Origin: a virus
Taxonomy: Duplodnaviria > Heunggongvirae > Uroviricota > Caudoviricetes
DNA: 64,000 nucleotides
Virus record (IMG/VR): IMGVR_UViG_3300001533_000890
Coordinates: 449-64,448 of that record
Direction: 5' to 3' (one strand)
Translations under genes and position numbers: made by a program
The notes under the pieces: generated by a model
Databases searched by the model: none
Told to the model about the DNA's origin: nothing
What the model saw: only the letters and a program-made list of their open reading frames with translations
Shown here: positions 1-9,403 of the stretch, one piece after another
Position numbering within the stretch: the first letter of the stretch is position 1
Layout: every line of letters starts with the position of its first letter

Positions 1-159
1 GATTACGCCACCGATGAAGTAGCGCCGGGTGCAAATGATCCTATGCAAGTGCATACGCTTCTAATCAAAGACCTCCGCGCCGCCGCCGAGACAGACGAAA
101 CAATTGCAACGGCAATTGGAGCTTTACTAACCGCAATTCAAGAACAGCTTGCAAGCTAA
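1..159 (+). CDS. 3' end of a gene truncated by the window start (hypothetical protein C-terminus)
   Basis: Frame 1 is open from position 1 to a TAA at 157-159. It overlaps the annotated 149 start of the next ORF, so the next gene probably starts at ATG 170. Confidence 0.35.
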   Translation, partial: DYATDEVAPGANDPMQVHTLLIKDLRAAAETDETIATAIGALLTAIQEQLAS

Positions 160-2068
160 GGGGCTTCTTATGGGGATTTATCAAAACTTTTTGAGTCACG
201 TGACTGTGATTTCTACTGAGGCTCCAATCCCTAGTCCGAGTCGACAGGGGCTTCAAGAACTTAAGTCACGGCTCCGAGATTTTGATCCCGCCACGCCTGC
301 CGTGGCTGAGCCCAGAGCAGCAATAATTGAGTTGTCGCCTTTTTCCGGGGTTGTGACTGGTGGCCAATTTTATGTGAAAGTTGACACAATTCAATACGGT
401 CCATTTGACCACGATGCCGAAGCGGGCACGCTACAAGCTCTTATTCCTAATGTTGTTGTTACAAATGGACCGCTCACTGCCCAAGCCTTTCAACTTGACT
501 TTTCAGACGAGGCGCGCCACAAAGTAGAGGTTGTTGATCTAAATCTGAGCGGAGACGGCGAAGTTGCCTCGGCGACCATGCCAACGGAGGCGGGAAGTTT
601 AAGTTTTCAAGCACCGGGGGCAGGGACAACCTATAATGGTTTTGATTTTCAATTACAGGTGGGGCCCCCGACAGTAAGTTATTCGGAGCCAGCTTTCACA
701 ATTAATTTCGACCCAGAGGGCGAGACTTCACAGGCAGCTATTGAATATCAAAATGACGTTCTTGTATTTGATGCCCAAGAAGCTGGGGCTAGCAATAATG
801 ATGTTGATTTTGTACTAGAAGCGGCCGAAATTCCGGGAGTAGTTTTTAACGGCGGGGTCTATACTCTACGGTATAATGAAGGTTCCAAAGCTTCCGCAAC
901 TTTCGACACAGAGACAGGAGCAATTACTTTTGAGGCCAAGAATACGGGGGAGGACGAAAACAACGTACAGTTTAACCTGTTAAAAGGAAGCCCGGCCGGT
1001 ATTAGCTACAGTTTGGATACTTTTGATGTCACGTTTTCGGGCGAGGGAGTCACGGCATCTGGCGATAACGGTGACGGAGCTTCTTTGCAGGGCGGGACAG
1101 AAACAGAATATGCAGTTGGCGTCCATGATACAGTCCAAGGCGAACTTACTTACACGGCAAATGAACTGGGGACCGGGGTAAATGATTTGTTTATCTGGTT
1201 ATGGGTCGCTACTTCTGGGGAACCGGGGGTTTCATGGCTGGATTACGCTAATCAATACCGTATTAAAGTGCTACGGGACACGACTACGTTATCCGAGTTA
1301 GCGCAAGTTTTCAACGATACTGTTGCCGCCAACCCTTCGTGGCCACAAGTTACCTGTCAAGTGACAGACGGTTTAGCTACGACTCACGATGACCTGCAAA
1401 CTTTTACCACCCAAGCATTTGATGATAACCCGGCGTGGCCTCAATTTGAGTGTGCTGCATCAGGCACTACCCTTACAGATGCCGATGCTGGTTTAACCGT
1501 GACAAGTATGGGGGGTGCTGACCCCACCCCAGCGGCCCAACTTAAAACTGAGTTTGAGGGTGTCATATCGACAGAGCCAACTTGGCCAGCCTTTGATTGT
1601 GCGGTAAATGGCTCATACCATGAACTTACAGTAACCAGTGAAGGGGGCAGAGATGCCACAACGCACGAATCAATAGAAGCTCTGTTCAATGCCGAGCTTT
1701 CTGCCCACCCCCTCTGGCCACAATTTACAATGAGTCAAACAGGAGGCTCAGATCCTTTGACCTCAGATGACTCTCAAGTTCAAACGAGTTCAGGTGGCAC
1801 AAACACACACGGAATGGGGGCGGTCACGACTCTTCAAGAAGGCCAAACATATAGGCACGGCTGGGATATATTAGCTAGTCTTGACTTAATCCAGGCCCCA
1901 CCCCCGCAAGGGGACTCGCTATCAAAGGAAGACATGCTTCCGGGCAGGCTGCCGAATTCAAGAAATAAGCCCGGAGCATCGCTGTTGAATGTTCTTATTG
2001 ACCAGATTGCAATAGACGAAAATAACACTGAACTCCAAAGCCAGCTACGCAGTATTTTCAACCTCTGA
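149..2068 (+). CDS. Acidic Thr/Gly/Asp-rich protein with four ~45-aa internal repeats (W-P-x-F-x-C motif). Function unknown; a virion or secreted protein is possible.
   Basis: 639-aa ORF; the true start is likely ATG 170, after an AAGGGG ribosome-binding site. The four repeat copies are NPSWPQVTCQVTDG, NPAWPQFECAASG, EPTWPAFDCAVNG and HPLWPQFTMSQTG. Confidence 0.5.
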   Translation: MQAKGLLMGIYQNFLSHVTVISTEAPIPSPSRQGLQELKSRLRDFDPATPAVAEPRAAIIELSPFSGVVTGGQFYVKVDTIQYGPFDHDAEAGTLQALIPNVVVTNGPLTAQAFQLDFSDEARHKVEVVDLNLSGDGEVASATMPTEAGSLSFQAPGAGTTYNGFDFQLQVGPPTVSYSEPAFTINFDPEGETSQAAIEYQNDVLVFDAQEAGASNNDVDFVLEAAEIPGVVFNGGVYTLRYNEGSKASATFDTETGAITFEAKNTGEDENNVQFNLLKGSPAGISYSLDTFDVTFSGEGVTASGDNGDGASLQGGTETEYAVGVHDTVQGELTYTANELGTGVNDLFIWLWVATSGEPGVSWLDYANQYRIKVLRDTTTLSELAQVFNDTVAANPSWPQVTCQVTDGLATTHDDLQTFTTQAFDDNPAWPQFECAASGTTLTDADAGLTVTSMGGADPTPAAQLKTEFEGVISTEPTWPAFDCAVNGSYHELTVTSEGGRDATTHESIEALFNAELSAHPLWPQFTMSQTGGSDPLTSDDSQVQTSSGGTNTHGMGAVTTLQEGQTYRHGWDILASLDLIQAPPPQGDSLSKEDMLPGRLPNSRNKPGASLLNVLIDQIAIDENNTELQSQLRSIFNL

Positions 2069-2082
2069 TAAAGGAGAAAACC

Positions 2083-2268
2083 ATGAAACAATGGTATCTG
2101 AGTCGAACCATTTGGGTAAACGCACTTACACTAGTCACAGGGACAATTGGCTATCTGGCCGCGCACGAGCTAGTAGCCGATAACTCCAGTCTTGTTGCAG
2201 CAATGGTTGCATTGCAAGGCGGCGTCAATATTGTTCTTCGATTCCTCACGGACAAAGCCATTAAGTAG
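2083..2268 (+). CDS. small hydrophobic membrane protein (holin-like candidate)
   Basis: 61 aa preceded by AAAGGAGAAAACC then ATG, with one or two predicted transmembrane segments. Confidence 0.4.
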   Translation: MKQWYLSRTIWVNALTLVTGTIGYLAAHELVADNSSLVAAMVALQGGVNIVLRFLTDKAIK

Positions 2269-2273
2269 TAGCC

Positions 2274-2810
2274 ATGCCAAGTTTTCCACACAAGGTCTGG
2301 GATGGACTCACGACGACAAGATCGTCACTAGACTCGGTACAGCCTCCGGGCTACCGAGACTGGTTGGCGCTTCTTAGCGAACTTCAAGCCACCCAAGAAT
2401 TTGTTCTCAAGCTAGCTAAGAATGTAGAGGTTCTTCCAGACCTTGATGGACAACTTGCGTCTGCAAAAACGCGACTCGATAAACTTCGAGAAACGGCCGA
2501 ACATCTCGCTGTTCCCGAAGATTTACGAGCCGAAGTTCAGGCTCTTGCGGCCAGAGTTGATAAGACAGATGTTAAAGAAAGTCACGAAGCACTGAGGCGA
2601 GGGGTTAAAATGCTCCTCACCCGTCTAAAGGCAATTGAGGCAGGGCATCGTGAACTTAAGAAAGACATCTACTATCAGCTTAAAGTTTTCGCCAATCAAA
2701 TGCGAAATCAGCTTGCAGAGATTGTCACAGAGCAAGAGAAACAAGGTTCACGATTGCAAGGGCAAATCAATGAGTTACAAGCCCTACTTAAAGACCCCGA
2801 CTTAGGATAA
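2274..2810 (+). CDS. coiled-coil protein with N-terminal FPxKVWDGLT motif
   Basis: 178 aa, helical, heptad-rich. Its N-terminal motif is shared with the next gene (FPFEVWDGLTP). Confidence 0.45.
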   Translation: MPSFPHKVWDGLTTTRSSLDSVQPPGYRDWLALLSELQATQEFVLKLAKNVEVLPDLDGQLASAKTRLDKLRETAEHLAVPEDLRAEVQALAARVDKTDVKESHEALRRGVKMLLTRLKAIEAGHRELKKDIYYQLKVFANQMRNQLAEIVTEQEKQGSRLQGQINELQALLKDPDLG

Positions 2811-2814
2811 TACT

Positions 2815-3510
2815 ATGGGCCGAGCAATGCCAAATCCCCGGTTCCCGTTTGAAGTGTGGGATGGTCTTACACCAAGTAACCCCGATCCCAACACAGATAA
2901 AGCACCGGATCCGGAATTTGGCGCTCGTTACCGTGCCGAAATCCGTGCATTAGAAGAGGCATTACTGCCACTTCTTGAGCCATTACAACGGATTGTAAGT
3001 TACGGACCGGGTAATAGTATCCTCGGAGTAACCGATGATGGAACTGAGCTTGAATACAAGGTTATTGTCGGCGGCGACGGGGTAACTGTTAACCATGATG
3101 AGGGCACAATTACAATAAGCGCTGTCGGTGCTGAGGGACTTTTACTCGAAGCTACGGCTGGGGCCGATATTGTTCAAGGTCAACCTGTCCACCTTAATGG
3201 GGGAGGAGAGTTGGTGCCTGCCTTTGCTGCTGACTCACGCTTCCAGGTTATTGGCATTTCTACTGAATCAGTTGTAAGCGGCGAAACATGCAAGTATAAC
3301 CCTGACGGACGTGTTGGCCGGGCTGACTGGACTCCTATTACGGGTTCAACGCTTCTTGAACCTGGCAAACGTTATTACCTGTCACCGGACGACGTCGGTC
3401 AGCTTACGACGGTCGCCCCCGCCGACCCGGGGCAGTTTTTGGTAAAAGTGGGGCGAGCGGCTAGCACCTCGGTGTTAGATATTGAGATTGGTCAGTCCAT
3501 TTTACTCTAA
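2815..3510 (+). CDS. beta-rich structural protein, DUF2190-like (decoration- or fibre-like), paralog A
   Basis: C-terminal ~110 aa reads G.PV.L..GG.L.PA.A......VIGIS.ESV..GE...YYLSPDDVGQLTT.AP...L.IEI..LL, resembling phage DUF2190/beta-tulip decoration proteins. It is a paralog of 3522-4004. Confidence 0.4.
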   Translation: MGRAMPNPRFPFEVWDGLTPSNPDPNTDKAPDPEFGARYRAEIRALEEALLPLLEPLQRIVSYGPGNSILGVTDDGTELEYKVIVGGDGVTVNHDEGTITISAVGAEGLLLEATAGADIVQGQPVHLNGGGELVPAFAADSRFQVIGISTESVVSGETCKYNPDGRVGRADWTPITGSTLLEPGKRYYLSPDDVGQLTTVAPADPGQFLVKVGRAASTSVLDIEIGQSILL

Positions 3511-3521
3511 GGAGGTAACAA

Positions 3522-4004
3522 ATGGCACTACGGAAACCCCTGGTCCTTGTTGATGGTCAACTTCAACGGCTACAATCTGGCGATCTTTTGGATGCGCCTA
3601 TTGCAGCAGTTAATACCATCGTGATGACCAACGCAGATGAGGTAGAGGCACTCGTTAAGTGCGAGCCTGTCTATGTCAGCGCCGCTGGTGAAGTTTCACC
3701 CGCCCAGGCTGACGCCGAGGCTACAACTCGTATCCTTGGTCTTGCCCAGGAAGAGATTGCGGCCGACGGTGAAGGCGCTATTCAGTTTGAGGGTTTGCTT
3801 GAAGCAACCACAGGCGAATGGGATATTGTTACTGGTCTAACCGGCGGTCTGGTTGTGGGTGATGTCTATTACCTTGACCCCGATAACGTTGGTCAGCTTG
3901 TGGGCACGGCCCCCGATACGGCCGGTGATTACGTGACTGAGGTCGGTCACGCGGTTTCAAGCACAGAGCTGCGCATCGAGATTCGACGCCCAGTCCTACT
4001 GTAA
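3522..4004 (+). CDS. DUF2190-like structural protein, paralog B
   Basis: 160 aa. The C-terminus YYLDPDNVGQLVGTAPDTAGDYVTEVGHAVSSTELRIEIRRPVLL aligns with the end of 2815-3510. Preceded by a GGAGG ribosome-binding site. Confidence 0.4.
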   Translation: MALRKPLVLVDGQLQRLQSGDLLDAPIAAVNTIVMTNADEVEALVKCEPVYVSAAGEVSPAQADAEATTRILGLAQEEIAADGEGAIQFEGLLEATTGEWDIVTGLTGGLVVGDVYYLDPDNVGQLVGTAPDTAGDYVTEVGHAVSSTELRIEIRRPVLL

Positions 4005-4067
4005 CTTATTTCGGTGGGGCGGCTTACTGCCGCCCCACCGGCTGTATCATCGAGAATGAGGGAGAAT

Positions 4068-4883
4068 ATGAAACGCTTTCAAACACAGTATGGGAAACTA
4101 ATTGGTACTTTGGTACTTGTGACGGCTCTGGCTGTTGGGCTGGGAATGGGCTTCACCAACCAAACGGCCTCAGAGAGCCAGGCACCCCTGACAGTGAACT
4201 ACACCGCTTTGACAACGGACTACGACTTAACGTCAACAGATGGTCAAGCTACAATTATCATCCACGCGCCTGAGGTGGGCGAAGTTGGAGAATTGGTTCG
4301 GTTTGATGTCTCTGAAAGTGTCGCTGAATCTTTTCGGTGGCTTGTCGTACCAGAAACCGGCGACTTTGAAGTTTATAACGACGGTAAGAATGCTGTCTTC
4401 AGCGCGCGACGGCCCGGGGAGTATATGTTTATTGTTGCTTGTGCGTTTAAGGGTACCGTAGACGTAGCAACCCATGTTATCACAATCCAGGGTCAGGAAC
4501 CGCTACCGCCAGACGATAATAAACCAACGCCCGAAGTACCCGAGCCAGAGGAAGGAAGTTCTTTGGATACTTGGGTAACATATTGGTGCGCAAGTTTACA
4601 GCTTCCTAAACATGAAGCTCGACAGCTTGCAGAAAGTTTTGAAAGTGTGGCAGCTATGATTTCTGCAGATGTTGGTCTTAAGCCCCAGGATATTATCGAG
4701 GCAACAAGCAAAGCAAATCGGGCAGCATTAGGGGATTCTATTGACCAATGGGTGCCGCTTCTTCAACAACTCCAGGGTGCGTTGCAAAAACAGGCAGAGG
4801 AAGGTAACCTGGTAACGGTAGATCAGCATACCGAGGTTTGGCGTCTAGTTGCGACCGGCTTGAATAACTACGCCAGCCTATAA
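4068..4883 (+). CDS. signal-anchored secreted or periplasmic protein
   Basis: Start ATG 4068 follows a GAGGGAG ribosome-binding site. The N-terminus KLIGTLVLVTALAVGLGMGF is a signal peptide or transmembrane anchor. Pro/Glu-rich linker. Confidence 0.45.
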   Translation: MKRFQTQYGKLIGTLVLVTALAVGLGMGFTNQTASESQAPLTVNYTALTTDYDLTSTDGQATIIIHAPEVGEVGELVRFDVSESVAESFRWLVVPETGDFEVYNDGKNAVFSARRPGEYMFIVACAFKGTVDVATHVITIQGQEPLPPDDNKPTPEVPEPEEGSSLDTWVTYWCASLQLPKHEARQLAESFESVAAMISADVGLKPQDIIEATSKANRAALGDSIDQWVPLLQQLQGALQKQAEEGNLVTVDQHTEVWRLVATGLNNYASL

Positions 4884-4898
4884 GTAAAGGAGTTTACT

Positions 4899-5918
4899 AT
4901 GAATCGTCGGGATGCACTTAAATATCTGGCCGCAAGTATTGGAGTCAGTGCTGGTTTTATTTCATCCCGCTTTACAAGCGGGATGCCGACAAATCTTTAC
5001 GGAGACTTGCAGCCAATTTACGGAGGCTGGGTTGATCGTTTTTGGGATCGTGTTGCATTCATCCGTAAAAATCAGTACCCATTCTTGAGCCAACAAAATA
5101 GTCAAATTCGCGGCACCGGAAAAGGGAAGCGAGTTCTACTGTGGGGTGTCTATGAAAAAGTCACTGGTCAGCCGATTATTCCCCACGCCCAAGAAATTGG
5201 AGACTGTGTCGGGCATGCCTCGGCAATGGGTGTTGATGTTTTGACGCCGGTTCAAATTCTTTTACAGGGTAAGAATGAGAGATGGGTTGCAAAGTCCTCG
5301 CCAGAAATAATTTATGCCGGGTCTCGGGTTCAAGTAGGAGGTGGAACAGTACATGGTGACGGCTCTGTTGGGGTGTGGGCAGCCGAGTTTATGCGACAGT
5401 GGGGTGTTCTCCTTCGACAGTCTTACCTCGACGGAGCTTATGACTTTACTAATTATGATGGCACAGTGGCCCGAAGGTTAGGGGCCCCGCGAGCAGGGGT
5501 GCCGATTGAGTTAGAACCACTGTGTAAAGAGCACCCTGTACGTACTAGCGCTCTTGTGCGGTCCTGGGCTGAGTGCCGGGATGCTGTTGCAAATGGCTAC
5601 CCTGTTGTAATGTGCAGCAATATTGGCTTCAAAACAACGCGCGACAGCGAGGGATTTCTTGCACGGAGTCGACGACCTTGGTACCATGCCATGGTAATTA
5701 TCGGAGTTGACGATAAATCAAAAAGATCGGGGGGCTTGATTCAAAATAGCTGGGGGACAAATTGGGTTGAAGGTCCCACCCGTTTGAATCAACCAGAAGG
5801 AAGTTTTTGGTGCGATGCTAATGTAATTGACGCCGCCATGCGACAAGGAGATAGTTTTGCAATGAGCGGTTATCTTGGGTATCCGCGACAGGATATTCCC
5901 GATTACATCATTTGGTAA
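4899..5918 (+). CDS. Tat-signal papain-like cysteine peptidase (candidate exported cell-wall hydrolase or endolysin)
   Basis: Twin-arginine motif MNRRDALKYLAASIGVSAG. Candidate catalytic Cys in QEIGDCVGHASA and His in WYHAMVIIGVDD. Preceded by an AAAGGAG ribosome-binding site. Confidence 0.55.
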   Translation: MNRRDALKYLAASIGVSAGFISSRFTSGMPTNLYGDLQPIYGGWVDRFWDRVAFIRKNQYPFLSQQNSQIRGTGKGKRVLLWGVYEKVTGQPIIPHAQEIGDCVGHASAMGVDVLTPVQILLQGKNERWVAKSSPEIIYAGSRVQVGGGTVHGDGSVGVWAAEFMRQWGVLLRQSYLDGAYDFTNYDGTVARRLGAPRAGVPIELEPLCKEHPVRTSALVRSWAECRDAVANGYPVVMCSNIGFKTTRDSEGFLARSRRPWYHAMVIIGVDDKSKRSGGLIQNSWGTNWVEGPTRLNQPEGSFWCDANVIDAAMRQGDSFAMSGYLGYPRQDIPDYIIW

Positions 5919-5922
5919 TACT

Positions 5923-6531
5923 ATGAAAAAACAAATCCTACAAACAGCCGGGGGTCTTTATGTTGTCTTTGCTATCCTTATGTCGCAGTGCTTTTTCACT
6001 CGTCTTTTCTACTTGGAGAAAGCTTCGCAAAGGACTGAAAGTAAATTGGCTCTTGAAAATTCAGCAGCTAATCACGCTAATACACCGAATACTGGATTGG
6101 AGGGGGCTACCTCCAGCGCCGGAAGACTCGACAGAAACACCAGATACTACTACCGACAAGGAGACGCCCGAAACTACCGACGAGGAGACGCCCGCACCCA
6201 CTCGCCGGAGACGATTTCGGCGTTGGCTCAGGAAGACAGACTAAAGAAGCTTCCTCCTAATTGTTTAATCGTCTGGGTAGCAACCTGGTGCCATAACTGT
6301 AAGGACATGCAGCCGGTAATTCGAGAACTACAGGAGGCAGGATACAGCGTGCATATTCTTGATTACGATGAGTATGCGGCCCTGGCAAAAACCTGGAAAA
6401 TTCAAGCAGTTCCCACCTCAATCGTGTGGAATGATAGAAAAGAAGTTGCCCGCTATATCGGGCCGGTTACAACCGAAGTTGTAACGAGAACCTTGCGCAA
6501 AAACGATGTCCCAAACTATGAGCTGTGGTAA
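5923..6531 (+). CDS. membrane-anchored thioredoxin-fold thiol:disulfide oxidoreductase
   Basis: N-terminal transmembrane segment, RRGDAR repeats, and a thioredoxin active-site-like WVATWCHNC (CxxC) motif. Confidence 0.55.
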   Translation: MKKQILQTAGGLYVVFAILMSQCFFTRLFYLEKASQRTESKLALENSAANHANTPNTGLEGATSSAGRLDRNTRYYYRQGDARNYRRGDARTHSPETISALAQEDRLKKLPPNCLIVWVATWCHNCKDMQPVIRELQEAGYSVHILDYDEYAALAKTWKIQAVPTSIVWNDRKEVARYIGPVTTEVVTRTLRKNDVPNYELW

Positions 6532-6857
6532 TGAACTTATTTGACCTAATGCTACTTGCGATGTCCTTGACTTCATTATCCCTGACAGTAAGTATTTCAG
6601 AAGCAGGTAAACCCCTAAGGCGGCTAGTTTCTAAAGCTGGTACTTGGGCAGAAAAATTGATTCACTGTCCGTATTGTCTGAGTCATTGGCTAGCGGCGGC
6701 AGGGGTTATTTCGCTGTCTCCGAGTTCCTTGCTGCATCAATTTTTAGAAGTTTTTGCCTGCGTGACTTTAACTAGCATCTTTTCAAGGCTTGTTGTTGGG
6801 TTTTTCCTGACTCTTAGTGATCTTGAAAATGAAGGAGGTTACGATGAGAAACTTTAG
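6525..6857 (+). CDS. small membrane protein with CPYC (CxxC) motif
   Basis: 110 aa with 3-4 hydrophobic helices and an HCPYCLSHW motif. Confidence 0.4.
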   Translation: MVMNLFDLMLLAMSLTSLSLTVSISEAGKPLRRLVSKAGTWAEKLIHCPYCLSHWLAAAGVISLSPSSLLHQFLEVFACVTLTSIFSRLVVGFFLTLSDLENEGGYDEKL

Positions 6858-7233
6858 GAGACGTGTACAGCGGGTGGCAGACCGACAACTTCGTAAGGGA
6901 CGCTTGACGCCTGTTGAATATAAACGAGTGCAGGATGCACTACGGGATCCCGTTCTAATGAAGAAGTGGGAGGCAGAGGTTGAACGGCAACTCGTGCCAA
7001 AAACCGAAAGTCGTGAAAGCCGAATTGATTGGCTAGCAATTCGTCAATGGTTTATTGATAACTGGCCCACCATCCTGCGAATTTTACTATCATTGTTGGT
7101 TTTACTTGATACATCGCAGGTTGAGGCATCAGTTGAAGATAACAAGTCTGACGATGTCGAGTCTGACTACACTGAGTCTGACAGCTATTTTAGCGACGAC
7201 TCAAACCAACCTGATACGCTAACAGAGGAGTAA
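6844..7233 (+). CDS. membrane protein with basic N-terminus and acidic C-terminal tail
   Basis: AAGGAGG ribosome-binding site at 6829-6835, then ATG 6844. One transmembrane segment. Asp/Ser/Glu-rich C-terminus. Confidence 0.35.
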   Translation: MRNFRRRVQRVADRQLRKGRLTPVEYKRVQDALRDPVLMKKWEAEVERQLVPKTESRESRIDWLAIRQWFIDNWPTILRILLSLLVLLDTSQVEASVEDNKSDDVESDYTESDSYFSDDSNQPDTLTEE

Positions 7234-7238
7234 TCAAT

Positions 7239-7700
7239 ATGCTACTTACTTGCCCTTTCACCCAATGGCCCAAGTATACTCTGCATGTTCACTTACAGAG
7301 TGGAAAAACATTCAATAAGCGAGGCGATACCACACACCCAATTAACTTGAATATCGATGCAGAAGATATTCAAGCTGTGGTTGGACACGGTTGCGATGCT
7401 AGTGGCTCGGTATGTGTGTCAAAGGTCTGGCAGGATGGAATTTGGACAGCATATAGTCCCGACGACTTGGCAAAGATTTTGTGTCCGAAGAAGATTGAAC
7501 CAGTCACGCCAAAGTCAAAGTCAAAATCAAAGGTAAAGCGGGTCACACGGAAGCCGGAGCCCGTGCCGGAACCCATGCCGGAGTCCATGCCGGAGTCCAT
7601 GCCGGAGCCCACGCCGGAGCCTATGCCGGAGCCCACGCCGGAGCCCACGCCGGAGCCCACGCCGGAGCCCGTGGCAGGCTGCGACGACCAAGCTGAATAA
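7239..7700 (+). CDS. protein with C-terminal (M/T)PE(S/P) tetrapeptide tandem repeats
   Basis: The repeats are encoded by a 12-nt tandem DNA repeat. Lys-rich linker [10 protein letters not shown]. Confidence 0.4.
   Translation: MLLTCPFTQWPKYTLHVHLQSGKTFNKRGDTTHPINLNIDAEDIQAVVGHGCDASGSVCVSKVWQDGIWTAYSPDDLAKILCPKKIEPVTPKSKSKSKVKRVTRKPEPVPEPMPESMPESMPEPTPEPMPEPTPEPTPEPTPEPVAGCDDQAE
7553..7672 (+). repeat. 12-nt tandem repeat (ccaYgccggagY), about 9-10 copies, coding
   Basis: Direct reading: ccatgccggagtccatgccggagtccatgccggagcccacgccggagcc... Confidence 0.7.
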
Positions 7701-7722
7701 ACCTAAGTGGTAAGATACCCCC

Positions 7723-9390
7723 ATGATTGAACTAGCAGATGCGTTTCGGGAGGCAGTTGCAGAAGGAATTAGGAGTCGAACATTGACTTCTTGTTCTCGT
7801 TGGTCAACCCACCGGCGGGTCATGGGGGAGCCCTTTCCAGGTGCATACAGCTATGAGCGCCATCCGTGGTGCCAGGGGATTGCAGATTCGGAAGCAGTTT
7901 ATAATACTGCTATGAAAGCCGCCCAAATGGGTGTTACCGAAGTAGCCATCAACCGAGCTTTTTACACAATTGATGTCCTGCGGAAAGATGTTTTGTACGT
8001 GCTGCCAACTTTGAATAATGCGAGCGACTTTGCTAAAGCGCGGTTCAATACGGCGTTACAGCTAAGTCCGTACCTCAAAGGTTTGTTTACTGACACCAAT
8101 ACAATTGGTCTTAAGCAGGCTGGCGGTGTAAACTTGTATATTAGGGGTTCACGCGGCGACTCCAACCTCAAGTCCATACCAGTTTCTACTTTGATCCTTG
8201 ACGAAGTAAATGAAATGGACCAAAAGCAAATCTGGTTGGCACTTGAACGACTATCAGGACATGTACGTAAGGCAGTTTGGGCGATTTCAACACCAACTAT
8301 TCCCAAGTATGGCGTTCATAAGTTGTTTCAACAGGGTACGCAAGAACATTATATGTTCAAGTGTCCTAAGTGTGGTCGATGGACAGAACTTATTTGGCCT
8401 GATTGTGTCGAGATTTGTGGCGAGGGCGTCTCTGATCCGCGTTGTAAAGAGTCATTCCTTAAATGTAAAGAGTGTAAGAACAGGCTCGATCACGAGACTA
8501 AACACGAGTGGCTTACAGTTGATAATTGTCAATGGGAATCAACGGAAAAGGGTTCAACAGAACATCGGAGTTTTTTGATAAATCAACTCTACAGCTACAC
8601 GGTGTCGCCACCTGAAATTGTTACTGCACATTTCCGGGGGCTGGGTGACGAGGCTGCTATGGTTGAATTTCATAACTCCAAACTTGGGATACCCTATATC
8701 CCTGCGGGCGGTCTGGTTACCGACACAGAAATTGAGGAGGCTGTTGCAAATCATACAAAAAATGATCCACGGCCAAAAGTAGGCGGTGAACGTTGTATTT
8801 GTATGGGGGTCGACCAAGGAAAGTTCAACTACGTCGTAGTTGCGGAATTTTTATTCGATCAGTATAGCTCAGATCTGAACGTGGCCGCATTTGAACGAAT
8901 TCTTTGGGAAGGTAAGTTACCGGGAGATTGTTTTGAAGACCTCGACCTTCTAATGCGGGAGTGGCAGGTGTTGGGGTGTGTTATTGATGCTGACCCCCAG
9001 ATAAATGATGCGAGACGGTTTGCCAGGAGATTTCCTGGGTACGTACATCTATGCCGCTACAGACGGGGTGTGACGGGGCGTGAGGTACAAGTATCAGAAG
9101 AAGATGGTGGAGCCCCGGTAGCAACAGTAGACCGAACAAACTGGATGGACGCAACTTTAGGCCGCTATCACAATAGTCGCGTGGCTTTGCCCCGGGATAT
9201 TAGCTTTGAGTTTCGCGAGCATCTAAAGAACGTAGTGCGAACATACGAAAAGGACGACCAAAATAACCCCCGAGCTGTCTATGTAAATACGGGCGCAGAT
9301 CACTTTGTACACGCCCAAACTTACACGGAAATTGCGTTGCCGCTTGCGGCACGAATTGTTACCGGCCGGGATATTGGAACTTTCTTATAA
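7723..9390 (+). CDS. terL: terminase large subunit (GpA-like ATPase/nuclease with internal Cys4 zinc ribbon)
   Basis: 555 aa, immediately upstream of the portal. Walker-B-like LILDEVNEMD. Zinc ribbon CPKCGRW...CKECKN. Confidence 0.55.
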   Translation: MIELADAFREAVAEGIRSRTLTSCSRWSTHRRVMGEPFPGAYSYERHPWCQGIADSEAVYNTAMKAAQMGVTEVAINRAFYTIDVLRKDVLYVLPTLNNASDFAKARFNTALQLSPYLKGLFTDTNTIGLKQAGGVNLYIRGSRGDSNLKSIPVSTLILDEVNEMDQKQIWLALERLSGHVRKAVWAISTPTIPKYGVHKLFQQGTQEHYMFKCPKCGRWTELIWPDCVEICGEGVSDPRCKESFLKCKECKNRLDHETKHEWLTVDNCQWESTEKGSTEHRSFLINQLYSYTVSPPEIVTAHFRGLGDEAAMVEFHNSKLGIPYIPAGGLVTDTEIEEAVANHTKNDPRPKVGGERCICMGVDQGKFNYVVVAEFLFDQYSSDLNVAAFERILWEGKLPGDCFEDLDLLMREWQVLGCVIDADPQINDARRFARRFPGYVHLCRYRRGVTGREVQVSEEDGGAPVATVDRTNWMDATLGRYHNSRVALPRDISFEFREHLKNVVRTYEKDDQNNPRAVYVNTGADHFVHAQTYTEIALPLAARIVTGRDIGTFL

Positions 9391-9403
9391 AGAGGAGTGT
9401 GGC

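Noticed and set aside
7553-7672. Possible CRISPR array or other non-coding repeat array
   Set aside because: The repeat unit is only 12 nt with no spacers and lies in frame within an ORF, where it encodes a PEP-type peptide repeat. No CRISPR-like repeat-spacer architecture occurs anywhere in the window.
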